NCBI GenBank assembly: GCA_965203425.1
Contig: OZ241891.1
Location: forward strand, 91,289 to 155,288
DNA length: 64,000 nucleotides
Direction of reading: 5' to 3'
Source: Limisphaerales bacterium
Lineage (GTDB): Bacteria > Verrucomicrobiota > Verrucomicrobiia > Limisphaerales > AAA164-E04
The notes under the pieces were generated by a model. The model worked only from the letters and a program-made list of their open reading frames with translations. It was not told the DNA's origin and searched no databases. Positions 17,663 to 27,371 of this stretch are shown one piece after another. Numbering within the stretch: position 1 is the stretch's first letter; every line of letters starts with the position of its first letter. The position numbers and the translations under genes were made by a program.

Positions 17663-19708
17663 GTGAAACCTACCCGAATCCAACGATTTTTCCCGGCGCT
17701 CTTCGCGCTTTTGCTCCCGTTCTCTATGAATGGCTTGGCGCGTTCTTGGCGCGTTAGCCAAGTGCCGAACGGAACAAGCTTCAGTTGCACGCTTTGCCAC
17801 GTTCGTCCCAACGGCGCGGGACCAAAGAACGCTTTTGGCGACGCCGTCGGCGGCGTTGTCGGCCGGGGCAGCAGGGCGGAGTTTTGGTCGGCCGCCTTGG
17901 CTCAACTAGACTCTGACGGCGACGGATTTACCAATGGCCAAGAGCTGGGCGATCCTGACGGCGACAGCGAGCCGATTCCCGAAGCGCAAGTCACGCATCC
18001 CGGCGATCCCGCCAGCAAGCCGGAGACTCCTTTTGAAATTCCCAGCGCCGAAACAGTTGGCTTGAAGCGGATCGTCCCCGACAAAATTCTCTTCGAAACG
18101 GCTTGGGATAATTGGGAAAACTGGGCGCCGGACACCGCAGTGGTTGGAACGCACACTTTCCTGATCGGCGCCAACACCTTCGCCGAACCGGCGGCGGAAA
18201 ACGGAAGTCGACAACATTCCCTTGCCCTCCAACCGGCCGACGGCGGAGAAGCCAAGAAAACAGCGGGATTTTACAGCGACGATGGCACTCCCTACAACGG
18301 TCGGATAAACGCCTTAGGCCAAAGGGGAAATCCGCTCCAAATCACCGGCGATCAAAGGCCGGGAGCCGGAGGATACGCCGTGGGAATAGAAGCTTCGCCC
18401 CATGTTTTCCCGGGGTTTCAATCCGACAACCGTTGGAACTTCGGATTTCACCGTCCTGCAGACGGCATTTACGCAACCGCGCAAATGTTTTCTCTTGATT
18501 TGCCAACACGCGCTCCCGTGCCGACTTCGTTGGCCGTGGACGCCGTCAACGGCCGGCTGACCAGCGGTTCGCCCGCCGGCAATCCCATCGGACAATTTGG
18601 CGGAGACTTAGCGATCCTCGACAATGGAAACGTCGTTCTCGTCGCTCAAGATCGCTCCGGCCTCCGAGAATCTTCCCCAGTTGTAGCCGCCGTCATCCTT
18701 GCCCGCGACGGCTCGGTTGTACGGGAAAGTTGGGTCGTGGACCCGCGCGATGTTTCTGCAGGCGTTTCCTCCTACAAAGGAGGATTCTGCATCCACGCGC
18801 TAGACCGGCTCTACTTCCACAACAACGACGGAGAACGGCGCGGGCAAATTCGCCAAGCCGATCTGCCGGAAACCCTGCGCTTGGACGCGCAACCAGGCGC
18901 CTCAGCGCAAATCGCCTCGCACATCAACCATCCTCTAGTCTTCTTGGCGGGAACGGCCGATTTATTTAACCAACAAGGCGAGCGGCTAAAAGACACCTCC
19001 GGGCAATTCCGAAAAAGCGTTCAAATCGCTGTCTTTGACGCAACGACGCCAAAGTTCCTCTCTCGCCGAATTGTCAGCGAAGTATCCGCTGGCAACAGCG
19101 GTTCGGACGCCTTTGACCTGCCCGGCGCCTTTGGCGGCCGCGTTGATCTAGCCGCAGACGCGCTGGCACGCGCGGTCGTTGCCTTTGAAGCAAAGCTGGA
19201 AGAAATCGAAAACCCGCAAACGCTCCTTCGCGTGCTCGCCTACGACTCAACGACCGACAAATGGATCGCTCTTACCCCCAGCTTCTTCGCCTTTCCCAAT
19301 CCCGACCGCCCGGAAAGCCGCTCCATTTTTCCCTCCATCAGCATGACCACTCAGGAAATTCTAGTAGCCGCAACAGGAGAAATGCATCGGGCCAACCATC
19401 CCGGAGTGGACGCTTCGCGGCAAACCATTTTCTATACCATGTTCTCTCATCCGGATCCTCAAGATGATCCCACTATGGGAATCCTTCCCACGGCGCCTAT
19501 TGTTATTGAAAACGCTTCCATAGCCGAAGGGAATACTATCTCCATAACTTGGTCGGGAGGCGTCGGTCCTTTTCTGCTAGAGCGCAAAACATCCATAGAC
19601 GATCCTACATGGCAAAGGCTGGTGGAATCCGCAGAACGAACCGTCAATGCTCCGATCAGCGGCCCGATGAGTCTGTTCCGCATTGTAGATCTCGGCGCCG
19701 GTCCATAA
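17663..19708 (+). CDS. Secreted protein with an N-terminal CxxCH motif and a TSP3/calcium-binding-like D-rich repeat
   Basis: Signal peptide present. Then SCTLCH (CxxCH) and LDSDGDGFTNGQELGDPDGD. The remaining ~550 aa are unrecognised. Confidence 0.6.
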   Translation: MKPTRIQRFFPALFALLLPFSMNGLARSWRVSQVPNGTSFSCTLCHVRPNGAGPKNAFGDAVGGVVGRGSRAEFWSAALAQLDSDGDGFTNGQELGDPDGDSEPIPEAQVTHPGDPASKPETPFEIPSAETVGLKRIVPDKILFETAWDNWENWAPDTAVVGTHTFLIGANTFAEPAAENGSRQHSLALQPADGGEAKKTAGFYSDDGTPYNGRINALGQRGNPLQITGDQRPGAGGYAVGIEASPHVFPGFQSDNRWNFGFHRPADGIYATAQMFSLDLPTRAPVPTSLAVDAVNGRLTSGSPAGNPIGQFGGDLAILDNGNVVLVAQDRSGLRESSPVVAAVILARDGSVVRESWVVDPRDVSAGVSSYKGGFCIHALDRLYFHNNDGERRGQIRQADLPETLRLDAQPGASAQIASHINHPLVFLAGTADLFNQQGERLKDTSGQFRKSVQIAVFDATTPKFLSRRIVSEVSAGNSGSDAFDLPGAFGGRVDLAADALARAVVAFEAKLEEIENPQTLLRVLAYDSTTDKWIALTPSFFAFPNPDRPESRSIFPSISMTTQEILVAATGEMHRANHPGVDASRQTIFYTMFSHPDPQDDPTMGILPTAPIVIENASIAEGNTISITWSGGVGPFLLERKTSIDDPTWQRLVESAERTVNAPISGPMSLFRIVDLGAGP

Positions 19709-19943
19709 CGCAGTTCCCGTTCTATTCCATCATATATGAAAGCATTTTCTATAAAAGGTATAAGTCTTATAGTAGAAAAGCGCCAACCTAACGCCGCTGA
19801 AATAAATTCCATCGCTGGAATCATAAGACGGATTTTTTGCGTATGCTGCCAATGTGTTGAGCGTCCGGCGCATGGTTTGAATTCCTTTGCGGGCCGATTT
19901 AGATTTTCGGCGGAACGGATTTCATCAATGGCGGGGAAGTAAT

Positions 19944-21206
19944 ATGTCCAAACTGCCTATAGAATTATTGTTTGCGCTTCGTTATCTGAAGCCGAAGCGA
20001 ACTTTCGTTTCCGTCATCACAATGATTTCGATTGTCGGCGTGATGTTGGGCGTGGCTGTTTTGATTGTCGTGATTGCCGTAATGAGCGGTTTTGACCAAC
20101 AATTGCGGGAGAAGATTTTCGGGTTTAACCCTCATCTGCGCGTGCAGGAAAGGGACGCGAGCATGGCGGCTTACCGCGAGGTGTTGCTGAAGGTGCTTGA
20201 GGCAAAGGCCGTTCGGGAAGCGGCTCCCTACATTGCCGGGCCGATTGTCGTGGAAACGCAGACGGCAACTCCTAGAATAGCGATGCCCTCCTTGATAGGC
20301 GTGGATTCAGAGCGCGAGAGCAGTATTCTGCCCGAAAGCGTGATCAACGGCGCGTTTGACGTGGAGGGGCAGGGCGTCGTCATCGGCCATCGCCTGGCGC
20401 GCGCATTAGGATTGAGAACGGGAGACCCACTTGCCGTGTATTCTCATAGCGGACTGCGGCAAATCCACCGCTTGACGCAAAGCGGAGGAGAACCGTTGCC
20501 GCTACCAGACGACTACGTTGTGCGAGGGATTTTCGACACGGGCTATTACGAGTATGACTCCAATGTAATCGTTTGCTCCGTCTTCGACGCGCAGGAGCTA
20601 TTCCTCGACGGAGCGGACGCCGTGCACGGCCTTCACGTAGTTCTCCACGATCCCTACGACGCAACCGCGGTGCAGACGGCGCTTCAAAAAAAACTGGGAG
20701 ACGGCTTTACGATCCACAGCTGGCTGGAAGAGCACTCCAGCCTACTCAGTGCTTTGGTCGTAGAAAAAAACATGATCCGATTTCTCCTCTTCTTTATCGT
20801 TTTGGTAGCGGCCTTTGGAATTACGAGTTCGCAAATTACCTTCGTCGTGCAAAAAACAAAGGAGATAGGAATGTTAAAAGCCTTGGGCGCCACCGCTCGG
20901 CAGATTCTGCTCATCTTTCTCTGCCAAAGTTTTATTGTCGGCATTGCCGGGGTGATCGCCGGATTCGGACTGGGACTTCTGGCCGTTGAATATCGCAACG
21001 AATTCCTCTTGTGGATGAATCGGGCGGCCGGCTTTGATCTCTTCCCCGCGAGCGTCTATGGCTTTGCGCTTTTGCCGGCAGTGCTGGATGCGGCAGACTT
21101 GGCAACCATTTGCGGAGGATCGCTCCTGATCTGCTCGTTGGCGGGCGTCTTGCCGGCCATTAACGCCAGTCGTCTGCGTCCAGTGGAATCCTTGCGCCAT
21201 GAGTAA
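19944..21206 (+). CDS. Lipoprotein-releasing ABC transporter permease (LolC/LolE family)
   Basis: MSKLPIELLFALRYLKPKRTFVSVITMISIVGVMLGVAVLI, and an FtsX-type C-terminus ending LRPVESLRHE. Confidence 0.88.
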   Translation: MSKLPIELLFALRYLKPKRTFVSVITMISIVGVMLGVAVLIVVIAVMSGFDQQLREKIFGFNPHLRVQERDASMAAYREVLLKVLEAKAVREAAPYIAGPIVVETQTATPRIAMPSLIGVDSERESSILPESVINGAFDVEGQGVVIGHRLARALGLRTGDPLAVYSHSGLRQIHRLTQSGGEPLPLPDDYVVRGIFDTGYYEYDSNVIVCSVFDAQELFLDGADAVHGLHVVLHDPYDATAVQTALQKKLGDGFTIHSWLEEHSSLLSALVVEKNMIRFLLFFIVLVAAFGITSSQITFVVQKTKEIGMLKALGATARQILLIFLCQSFIVGIAGVIAGFGLGLLAVEYRNEFLLWMNRAAGFDLFPASVYGFALLPAVLDAADLATICGGSLLICSLAGVLPAINASRLRPVESLRHE

Positions 21207-21912
21207 GATCCGGCCAACGATGCTTTCCGAAACGGTTGCCTCCAATCCCATGCTGACTACGACCAACGTCGCAAAAAGCTATCGAATCGGCAAAAAAACC
21301 GTTCCCGTCCTGCGCGGCGTGAACCTCAAACTGAACGCGAGAGATTTTCTAGCGATTCACGGCGCATCCGGTGCCGGCAAAAGCACGTTGCTTCATCTAT
21401 TGGGAGGATTGGACACTGCGGATTCCGGCGAAATTTGCTTCCAAGGGAAAAATTTTCAAAAATGGAAAAGAACCGAACTGTCGCGCTTCCGAAATTGGGA
21501 AATCGGCTTCGTCTTTCAAGCCTACCATCTGTTTCCCGAATTCAGCGCTTTAGAGAACGTCTGTCTTCCCGGCAAAATCTCGCGGCGTCCAACGGCGACA
21601 CTTGCTCAAAAAGCCGCGGCGCTACTCGAACAAATAGGCTTAAAAGACCGCATGAACCACCGCCCTTATGAACTCTCCGGCGGCGAACAACGGCGGGTAG
21701 CCATCGCCCGATCGCTCGTCAACGATCCCTCCCTGTTGCTGGCCGACGAGCCAACCGGAAACTTAGACTCCGTCGCCGGCCGACAAATTATCGACTTGTT
21801 AGAAACACTGCGCAGCGAGCGCCAAATTGCCCTAGTACTAGCCACTCACGACTTGGAGATTGGAAACCGCGCCCAGCAAGTCGCCCACCTCGTCGACGGC
21901 CGCCTGGAATAA
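21199..21912 (+). CDS. lolD: Lipoprotein-releasing ABC transporter ATP-binding protein
   Basis: Walker A GASGAGKST, signature LSGGEQRRVAIARSL, Walker B LLLADEPTGNLD. It overlaps the permease gene by 8 nt. Confidence 0.88.
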   Translation: MSKIRPTMLSETVASNPMLTTTNVAKSYRIGKKTVPVLRGVNLKLNARDFLAIHGASGAGKSTLLHLLGGLDTADSGEICFQGKNFQKWKRTELSRFRNWEIGFVFQAYHLFPEFSALENVCLPGKISRRPTATLAQKAAALLEQIGLKDRMNHRPYELSGGEQRRVAIARSLVNDPSLLLADEPTGNLDSVAGRQIIDLLETLRSERQIALVLATHDLEIGNRAQQVAHLVDGRLE

Positions 21913-22056
21913 AAACATTGGAGAGCAAACATAGTAGATTGTGACATTCTAATTGTTCATAAGCGCGCGGGCGACGAATTCTCTCTGCGTTGGCCTGCCT
22001 TCCCTATCCCTCAGCCGAATGCTTGAGAAGCCTTGATTATGTTGAGCAATCAGCCG

Positions 22057-23580
22057 TTAGGCTAGATCCGATTGGATGGTCGTTCCGATGTTGACGAGAG
22101 GTTTTCCGTTTAGGGGGTTGACCATGATTGGCAGTTTGGGGTAGACGCCGTCTTTGCCTTTGAAACGGTCTGTAATTGGCCAGTGTTGCATTCTGCGGAA
22201 CGAACGAGTTCCGTTCGGCATTTTGAAAGTTCCCAGCGAGAGAGCCTTTTGTTCGAATCCCTTTGTCCATTCCTTGTCGTCCATCGTGATGAAAATGCCC
22301 GCCGCCACTTTGGGGTTGGATTTGATGACTTCCGCAAACGCCCGAACGCTATCCACGCTCACTCGCCCGCTTTTGACTTGGACGATGATTTCATCCTCGC
22401 CGTCTTCGGTCTTTCCGTGAAGCAGGCCTTTGCCGTCAATGCCGCCGTCGCCTCGCTTGATTTTGTTGGAGAGAATACCGATGTCGCCAAAGTTCAGTGT
22501 CTCGGCCGCCCACGCTTCAAAAGCGAATGGGTCTTGTTTGGCCAACAGTCGCGCGCCGGTGATATTGGTTGGGATGCCGTAAACGGGAATGTCGATTCCG
22601 CATTTGGATTTAATGCGTTTATGCGTGACCGAATGGATAGAGAAAACCGAGATGTCAATGCCGATAAAGCGGCGGTTGTTATTGATTGCGGAATGGATGG
22701 AAGTTCCACAGCCGCAGAAAGGGTCAAAGACGATGTCGCCTTCGTTGGTGGATGCCTTGATAATGCGATCCAGCAAAGCCAGCGGTTTTTGAGTGGGGTA
22801 GCCTTCGTATTCGTTGCCCCGAACAAATGGAATTTCCCACCAGTCTTCCCGAACGACGCCCTCTGACTTCAAATAGATATTGGAATAAGTGCCGTCTTTG
22901 TTGAGAACTCTGGCATATTTTTTGCCCTCTTTATCAGTCTTGTTGTATCTACCCACATGCTCTTCGGCAACCGGACGGCTTGCTCCAATCCGATTGAAGA
23001 AGTATTTGTCGGATTTTGAGTAAAAGAGAATGGAGTCGTGTTTTTTTTGAAACCATCTTTTCGCCATTTCTCTTCCGCCATAACACCAAACAATTTCATT
23101 CCTGTAATTTTGGGGGCTGAAGATGGCGTCCATGAGTAGGCGGAGGTAATAGTTCGCAGTTGGATCGCAGTGGAGGTAGATGGATCCTGTTTCTTTGAGA
23201 AGTTGTTGGCACAGCCAGAGGCGGTCGGCCATGTAGCTGAGGTAAGCCAGCATCCCGGAATCGCGCTTTTCCAAATAGCCGCGCAAGCTGGCAAAGAGTT
23301 CGCGGGCTGGATGAGCGGGAGTTTTGAGGATGACCTCGACTCGCTCGGCGGATTGCTCGTCCCAAGTCCACATATCCGTGAACGCATCCATCGATCCGGT
23401 GTCGCTATCTTTGGATTTGGAGGTGGGTGCGCCGTAGTTGCGGTTGCTATTGAACGGCGGATCCAGATAAATCAGATCAATGATACCCTGCACGCCTTTT
23501 TCTTTCCAAGCAGTCATTATGTCGGCGCAATCCCCATAATAAGCCGCATCCGGTTGGTAATCTAGGTTTATCGTTGTCAT
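22057..23580 (-). CDS. Beta-class N4/N6 DNA methyltransferase fused to a C-terminal Mrr-like (PD-QxK) restriction-endonuclease domain
   Basis: Motif IV IDLIYLDPPFNSN lies upstream of motif I FDPFCGCGTSIHSA, with YPTQKPLALLDRII between them. The C-terminus has GDGGIDGKG ... IIVQVKSGRVSVDSVRAF, typical of Mrr_cat. Confidence 0.85.
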   Translation of the reverse strand: MTTINLDYQPDAAYYGDCADIMTAWKEKGVQGIIDLIYLDPPFNSNRNYGAPTSKSKDSDTGSMDAFTDMWTWDEQSAERVEVILKTPAHPARELFASLRGYLEKRDSGMLAYLSYMADRLWLCQQLLKETGSIYLHCDPTANYYLRLLMDAIFSPQNYRNEIVWCYGGREMAKRWFQKKHDSILFYSKSDKYFFNRIGASRPVAEEHVGRYNKTDKEGKKYARVLNKDGTYSNIYLKSEGVVREDWWEIPFVRGNEYEGYPTQKPLALLDRIIKASTNEGDIVFDPFCGCGTSIHSAINNNRRFIGIDISVFSIHSVTHKRIKSKCGIDIPVYGIPTNITGARLLAKQDPFAFEAWAAETLNFGDIGILSNKIKRGDGGIDGKGLLHGKTEDGEDEIIVQVKSGRVSVDSVRAFAEVIKSNPKVAAGIFITMDDKEWTKGFEQKALSLGTFKMPNGTRSFRRMQHWPITDRFKGKDGVYPKLPIMVNPLNGKPLVNIGTTIQSDLA

Positions 23581-23897
23581 GTTTTATCGAGATTTTGCGG
23601 AGTTTAGGTAGAGCTTGCCGGCGTTGGCCGTTTCCCGGCCTATTTTCAGATCTTCTTCGGTCATGTCTTTGCTTTTCGTTCCGCCTCCGATGGTGCAGTG
23701 CGGAGACATTCATCATGGCTTTCTTCTGATGCATTCATTCAACGAGTGTCTTTGGCCAGCGTGGCGCATAGGCAAGGCAATGGCAAGTGTGATTTTTGAT
23801 CTTCGATCTCAGGTCTCAACTAACTATTTGAGTGGATTGTCGGCAAGATTTGGGGATGGGGCTTGTCGGGCGGGGCGGATTGTGATTAGGTAAAACT

Positions 23898-25094
23898 ATG
23901 CGACGGTTTTGTATTGGGATTGTGGGATTGGATTGCGGTTGGTTTTGGCGTTTTGTTTTTGTTGTTTGTTTGGGGGCGGAAGTCTTTGGCGATGGATTGC
24001 GAGTTTTGGCGGCGGAGTATCGGGTTTTTGTAGGCACTTATACGGGCGGGGAGAGCCGGGGGATTTATTTGTTCTCTTTGGACACATCCGAAGAAAAGAT
24101 AGAGGCGTTCCGCTTGGCGGCGGAGGCGGAGAATCCTTCGTTTCTCGCCATTCATCCCAATCGTCGTTTTCTTTACGCCGTTAGAGAAGTTAGCGAGTTT
24201 GAGGGGAAGGCGTCGGGGGCGGTTGGCGCTTATCAGATTCGGTCGGACGGCTCGTTGTTGTTACTCAATCAGGCGGCGACTGGGGGCGGGGCGCCTTGTC
24301 ATTTGTTTGTGGAGGCGGCTGGAAGTTTCTTATTGGTTGCGAATTACAGCGGCGGCAGTGTTTCGGTGTTTCGGATTGGCGGGGACGGTTTCATTGGGGA
24401 GCGCACAGAAATTGTGCAACATTTTGGCAGCAGTAGGCATCCGCGCCGGCAGAGAAGGCCTCACGCTCACTCCGTCAATTTGGACGTCGGCAATCGTTAC
24501 GTCGCGGTGGCCGATCTTGGTGTGGACAAAGTTTTTGTTTATCCGTTGGATGCGGCAATGGGCCGGCTTCTTTTGACGAAGGCCGGCGCGGTATCGCTTC
24601 CGCCCGGTTTTGGTCCGCGACACTTTGCCTTTCATCCGCTGGGGGAATTGGCCTTTGTCAACGGCGAGTTGTCTTCGTCTTTGGCTAGTTTGCGCTGGGA
24701 TTTGGAGGAAGGGAATTTGGAGTTGCTGGATGCGAAGTCCACTTTGCCCGCAGATTTTGCCGGCGGCAATTCTACTGCCGAAGTCCGATGCCATCCTAAC
24801 GGCAGGTTTGTTTATGTTTCGAATCGGGGGCACGACAGCATTGCCGTTTTTGGCGTGGATGAGGCAACGGGGCGGTTGACGGCGATTGAGCGCGAGCCGA
24901 CGCAAGGGCGGACGCCGAGGCATTTTGGGATTTCGCCTTGTGGCGGTTATCTTTTGGCGGCGAATCAGAAATCGAATTCCGTCGTTGTTTTTCGCATTGA
25001 TTTGGAGACGGGCAAACTTGAGGCGGCTGGTTTGAAAGTGGAAATGCCGACGCCGGTGTGCGTGCAGTTTCTGCAAATGGCGAAGGCAGAGTGA
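23898..25094 (+). CDS. pgl: 6-phosphogluconolactonase (YbhE-type 7-bladed beta-propeller lactonase)
   Basis: VFVGTYTGGESRGIYLF, NPSFLAIHPNRRFLYAV, APCHL, PRHFAFHP, VYVSNRGHDSIAVF, PRHFGISP. Confidence 0.85.
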   Translation: MRRFCIGIVGLDCGWFWRFVFVVCLGAEVFGDGLRVLAAEYRVFVGTYTGGESRGIYLFSLDTSEEKIEAFRLAAEAENPSFLAIHPNRRFLYAVREVSEFEGKASGAVGAYQIRSDGSLLLLNQAATGGGAPCHLFVEAAGSFLLVANYSGGSVSVFRIGGDGFIGERTEIVQHFGSSRHPRRQRRPHAHSVNLDVGNRYVAVADLGVDKVFVYPLDAAMGRLLLTKAGAVSLPPGFGPRHFAFHPLGELAFVNGELSSSLASLRWDLEEGNLELLDAKSTLPADFAGGNSTAEVRCHPNGRFVYVSNRGHDSIAVFGVDEATGRLTAIEREPTQGRTPRHFGISPCGGYLLAANQKSNSVVVFRIDLETGKLEAAGLKVEMPTPVCVQFLQMAKAE

Positions 25095-25123
25095 GTTGGT
25101 TTTGAGAGGCCGCAAAACAAGGC

Positions 25124-25873
25124 TTGTCAAGATTTTCAACTGCGGGTATTCTTTTGTGGTTTATGTGGTTTTCAAATGATTCGGAAAATTGGGCTAGGGG
25201 ACTGGCTTTTTTGCTGTTGGCGTTGGCGGCGGCCACGGCGTTTTGGTTGGCGGCGCACGCGCTGTTTCCAAAATTCAGCGATCGATCCAGCCGGCGTTGG
25301 CAAAGGCCGTGGCAGGACTTGGGACTTGGGCTGGGGATTTGCCTGCTGTTTTTTCTGTTAGTGCTTGGGGTTCGAAGTTGGGTGAACAATTCTTCGGTGG
25401 TTTTCAAAGTTCTCAGCGTCTTGGGCGTTGTTTTAGCGGGTGCGCTTTCTTTTGCGGCCCTGGCTGGCCTTGCGGGATTGGCTTTGCGAATTGGCGTCGG
25501 CATGAAGGAAGCGCGGGAAGATCGCCATTCCCGGCTGGTTTCCTTGCGAGGGAGCGTTGTTCTGGCGGCGATTTTTGGGTTTCCCGTGTTGAACGTCCTC
25601 TTCATTCTTCCGGTTCTGTTGGCCGGCGGGTTGGGGAATTCCATAATGACTTTGCTTCGACGGGATCCGCCTCGCTTGGGACGGGGGCGAAGCGTTGCTT
25701 CCCGAAGCCTTTCCCGAAGCGGACGAGGCGAGGGAGAGCATTTGGATCGTCCGTCTCGGCAGCCGCGTCGGGCAAGACTTCCCCGCCGCCGAGACGATCT
25801 AGATGCGCCGAGAACGGAGCCCCGAAGAACAACGGCAACAAAAAGGAGCGCCGGGTCTGCAGGCGACCAATAG
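25124..25873 (+). CDS. Hypothetical multi-pass membrane protein with an Arg-rich tail
   Basis: At least four hydrophobic helices and no recognisable motif. The R-rich C-terminus makes the 3' end uncertain. Confidence 0.45.
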   Translation: MSRFSTAGILLWFMWFSNDSENWARGLAFLLLALAAATAFWLAAHALFPKFSDRSSRRWQRPWQDLGLGLGICLLFFLLVLGVRSWVNNSSVVFKVLSVLGVVLAGALSFAALAGLAGLALRIGVGMKEAREDRHSRLVSLRGSVVLAAIFGFPVLNVLFILPVLLAGGLGNSIMTLLRRDPPRLGRGRSVASRSLSRSGRGEGEHLDRPSRQPRRARLPRRRDDLDAPRTEPRRTTATKRSAGSAGDQ

Positions 25874-25952
25874 CCGCTTCAGTTTGATCAAGTTCCCCGC
25901 AACTCGACACAGACGGCTGTCCCGTTCGTTTTGATCTGGCGCGTTTGGCGGC

Positions 25953-27365
25953 ATGAAAAAGCCAAAGAAGGGAAAGCGGAGAGTTGTCGCGCTGATTTTG
26001 GGCGCGGCTTTTGCCGTTGTTTGGATCGTTTTCTTGTCCTTGCCAACGCCGACTTATCAAGGGAAGACGGTCGAAGAATGGATCGGCAATCTGCATTCGC
26101 CGAAAAACTACGCAGAGGCGGCTGAAGCTGTCCAAGCCTTGCAAGCGATTGGAGCGCCGGCCGTCCAGCCTTTGCTACGCGCTTGGAGCAGTCTTTCAGA
26201 GGGTGAATTGTATGCGGCCGAAGCGCTTGAGGCTGTTGGCGAACCCGCCGTGGAGCCTTTGGTTCGTTGGCTGGAAAAGAGTGACGGCCGCTTTCGCAGA
26301 TGGACGCGGCGTTTGTGGTTTCAATTGCCTCGTTGGATGCAGCAGCGCATCCGATGCCCCGAAGACGGAAGTGACGCGGCGCAGCGGGCCTATCCTCTTC
26401 TGGCCGCGATTGGGCCGTCCAACGAGAAAGCCGTCGAGGCCTTGCTTCAAGGCTTGGAGCATGAAGATTATCGTTGTCGGACGCTGGCGATGAATTTTTT
26501 ACCGCTGATGGATCACGTTCACGCCGAGAAGATCGTCCCGGCTCTGATGCGGTTTTTGTCGGATCCAAACTCGGTGGATTGCGTGGTTGCGACCAGGATG
26601 CTGGCTCACTTTGGCGATCAATCTGCGCCCGCGACTTCGAGGTTGATTGAATTGCTTCAATACGAAGACGGATTGCCGGAAAGCCGTTTTCTGCGTATGG
26701 CGGCGGCGGATGCGTTGAGGAATATTGGCGACGGCTCAGCGCCGGTGATTGATGCTCTGGCGATTGGGTTGCAAGAGGAAAGCCTCACCTGCCGGGCTTA
26801 TTGCGCTTTGGCGTTGTGGCAACAGGGAAAGGAGCGGCAAAGCGCTTTGCGAGTTTTGGCGGAGTCTTTGAACGCCGATGGCGCCGTCGCCGATTTGACG
26901 CGCATTTTAACCCGCTTGGCGCGTTTGGAGACGGACGACAAACCGCCGCTGAAAGGCCGTTTGGAATCTCTTTTGGCTCACCGCGATTCGAGAGTTCGAA
27001 TCGACGCCGCCGGATGCTTGTGGACGATTTCTCAAAGTCCGGCGCAGGCGATGCCCATTTTGTTAGATGCTTTGAAAAATGGGAGCGATGACGAAAAGAG
27101 GCTGGCGGCGGACCGATTGGCATGGATGGGAGAGGCTGGCGGCGAAGCCGTGCCGCTGTTGATTCAAATGGTGAAGTCCCATGCGGCCGGGCGCGCCAAA
27201 TACGGCGCAATCAAAGCCTTGGGGAAAATGGGAATGGCGGCGGCAGATGCGCTTCCCGTTTTGCGAGAAGAGCTATCTCATCCGTCGGCGCAAGCGCAGA
27301 TACTAGCTTATGAGGCGATTAAACGCATTGGAGCGGCGGCAAAGGCGCCGGGTTCTTTGGATTGA
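25953..27365 (+). CDS. HEAT-repeat (PBS-lyase-like) protein with an N-terminal membrane anchor
   Basis: Repeated ~30-aa units with a A..ALG.IG..A..A.P.L pattern, for example AAEALEAVGEPAVEPL and AIKALGKMGMAAADALPVL. Confidence 0.7.
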   Translation: MKKPKKGKRRVVALILGAAFAVVWIVFLSLPTPTYQGKTVEEWIGNLHSPKNYAEAAEAVQALQAIGAPAVQPLLRAWSSLSEGELYAAEALEAVGEPAVEPLVRWLEKSDGRFRRWTRRLWFQLPRWMQQRIRCPEDGSDAAQRAYPLLAAIGPSNEKAVEALLQGLEHEDYRCRTLAMNFLPLMDHVHAEKIVPALMRFLSDPNSVDCVVATRMLAHFGDQSAPATSRLIELLQYEDGLPESRFLRMAAADALRNIGDGSAPVIDALAIGLQEESLTCRAYCALALWQQGKERQSALRVLAESLNADGAVADLTRILTRLARLETDDKPPLKGRLESLLAHRDSRVRIDAAGCLWTISQSPAQAMPILLDALKNGSDDEKRLAADRLAWMGEAGGEAVPLLIQMVKSHAAGRAKYGAIKALGKMGMAAADALPVLREELSHPSAQAQILAYEAIKRIGAAAKAPGSLD

Positions 27366-27371
27366 ACTGCC

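Noticed and set aside
23581-23705. 41-codon minus-strand ORF (MSPHCTIGGGTKSKDMTEEDLKIGRETANAGKLYLNSAKSR) just upstream of the methylase-Mrr gene, considered as an R-M controller (C) protein
   Set aside because: It is too short for an HTH C-protein and has no helix-turn-helix pattern. It cannot be supported from sequence alone.
24330-26568. Minus-strand ORFs of 269, 282, 180 and 226 aa
   Set aside because: They lie antisense to the lactonase, membrane-protein and HEAT-repeat genes. Their Arg/Pro-rich composition is unlike real proteins.
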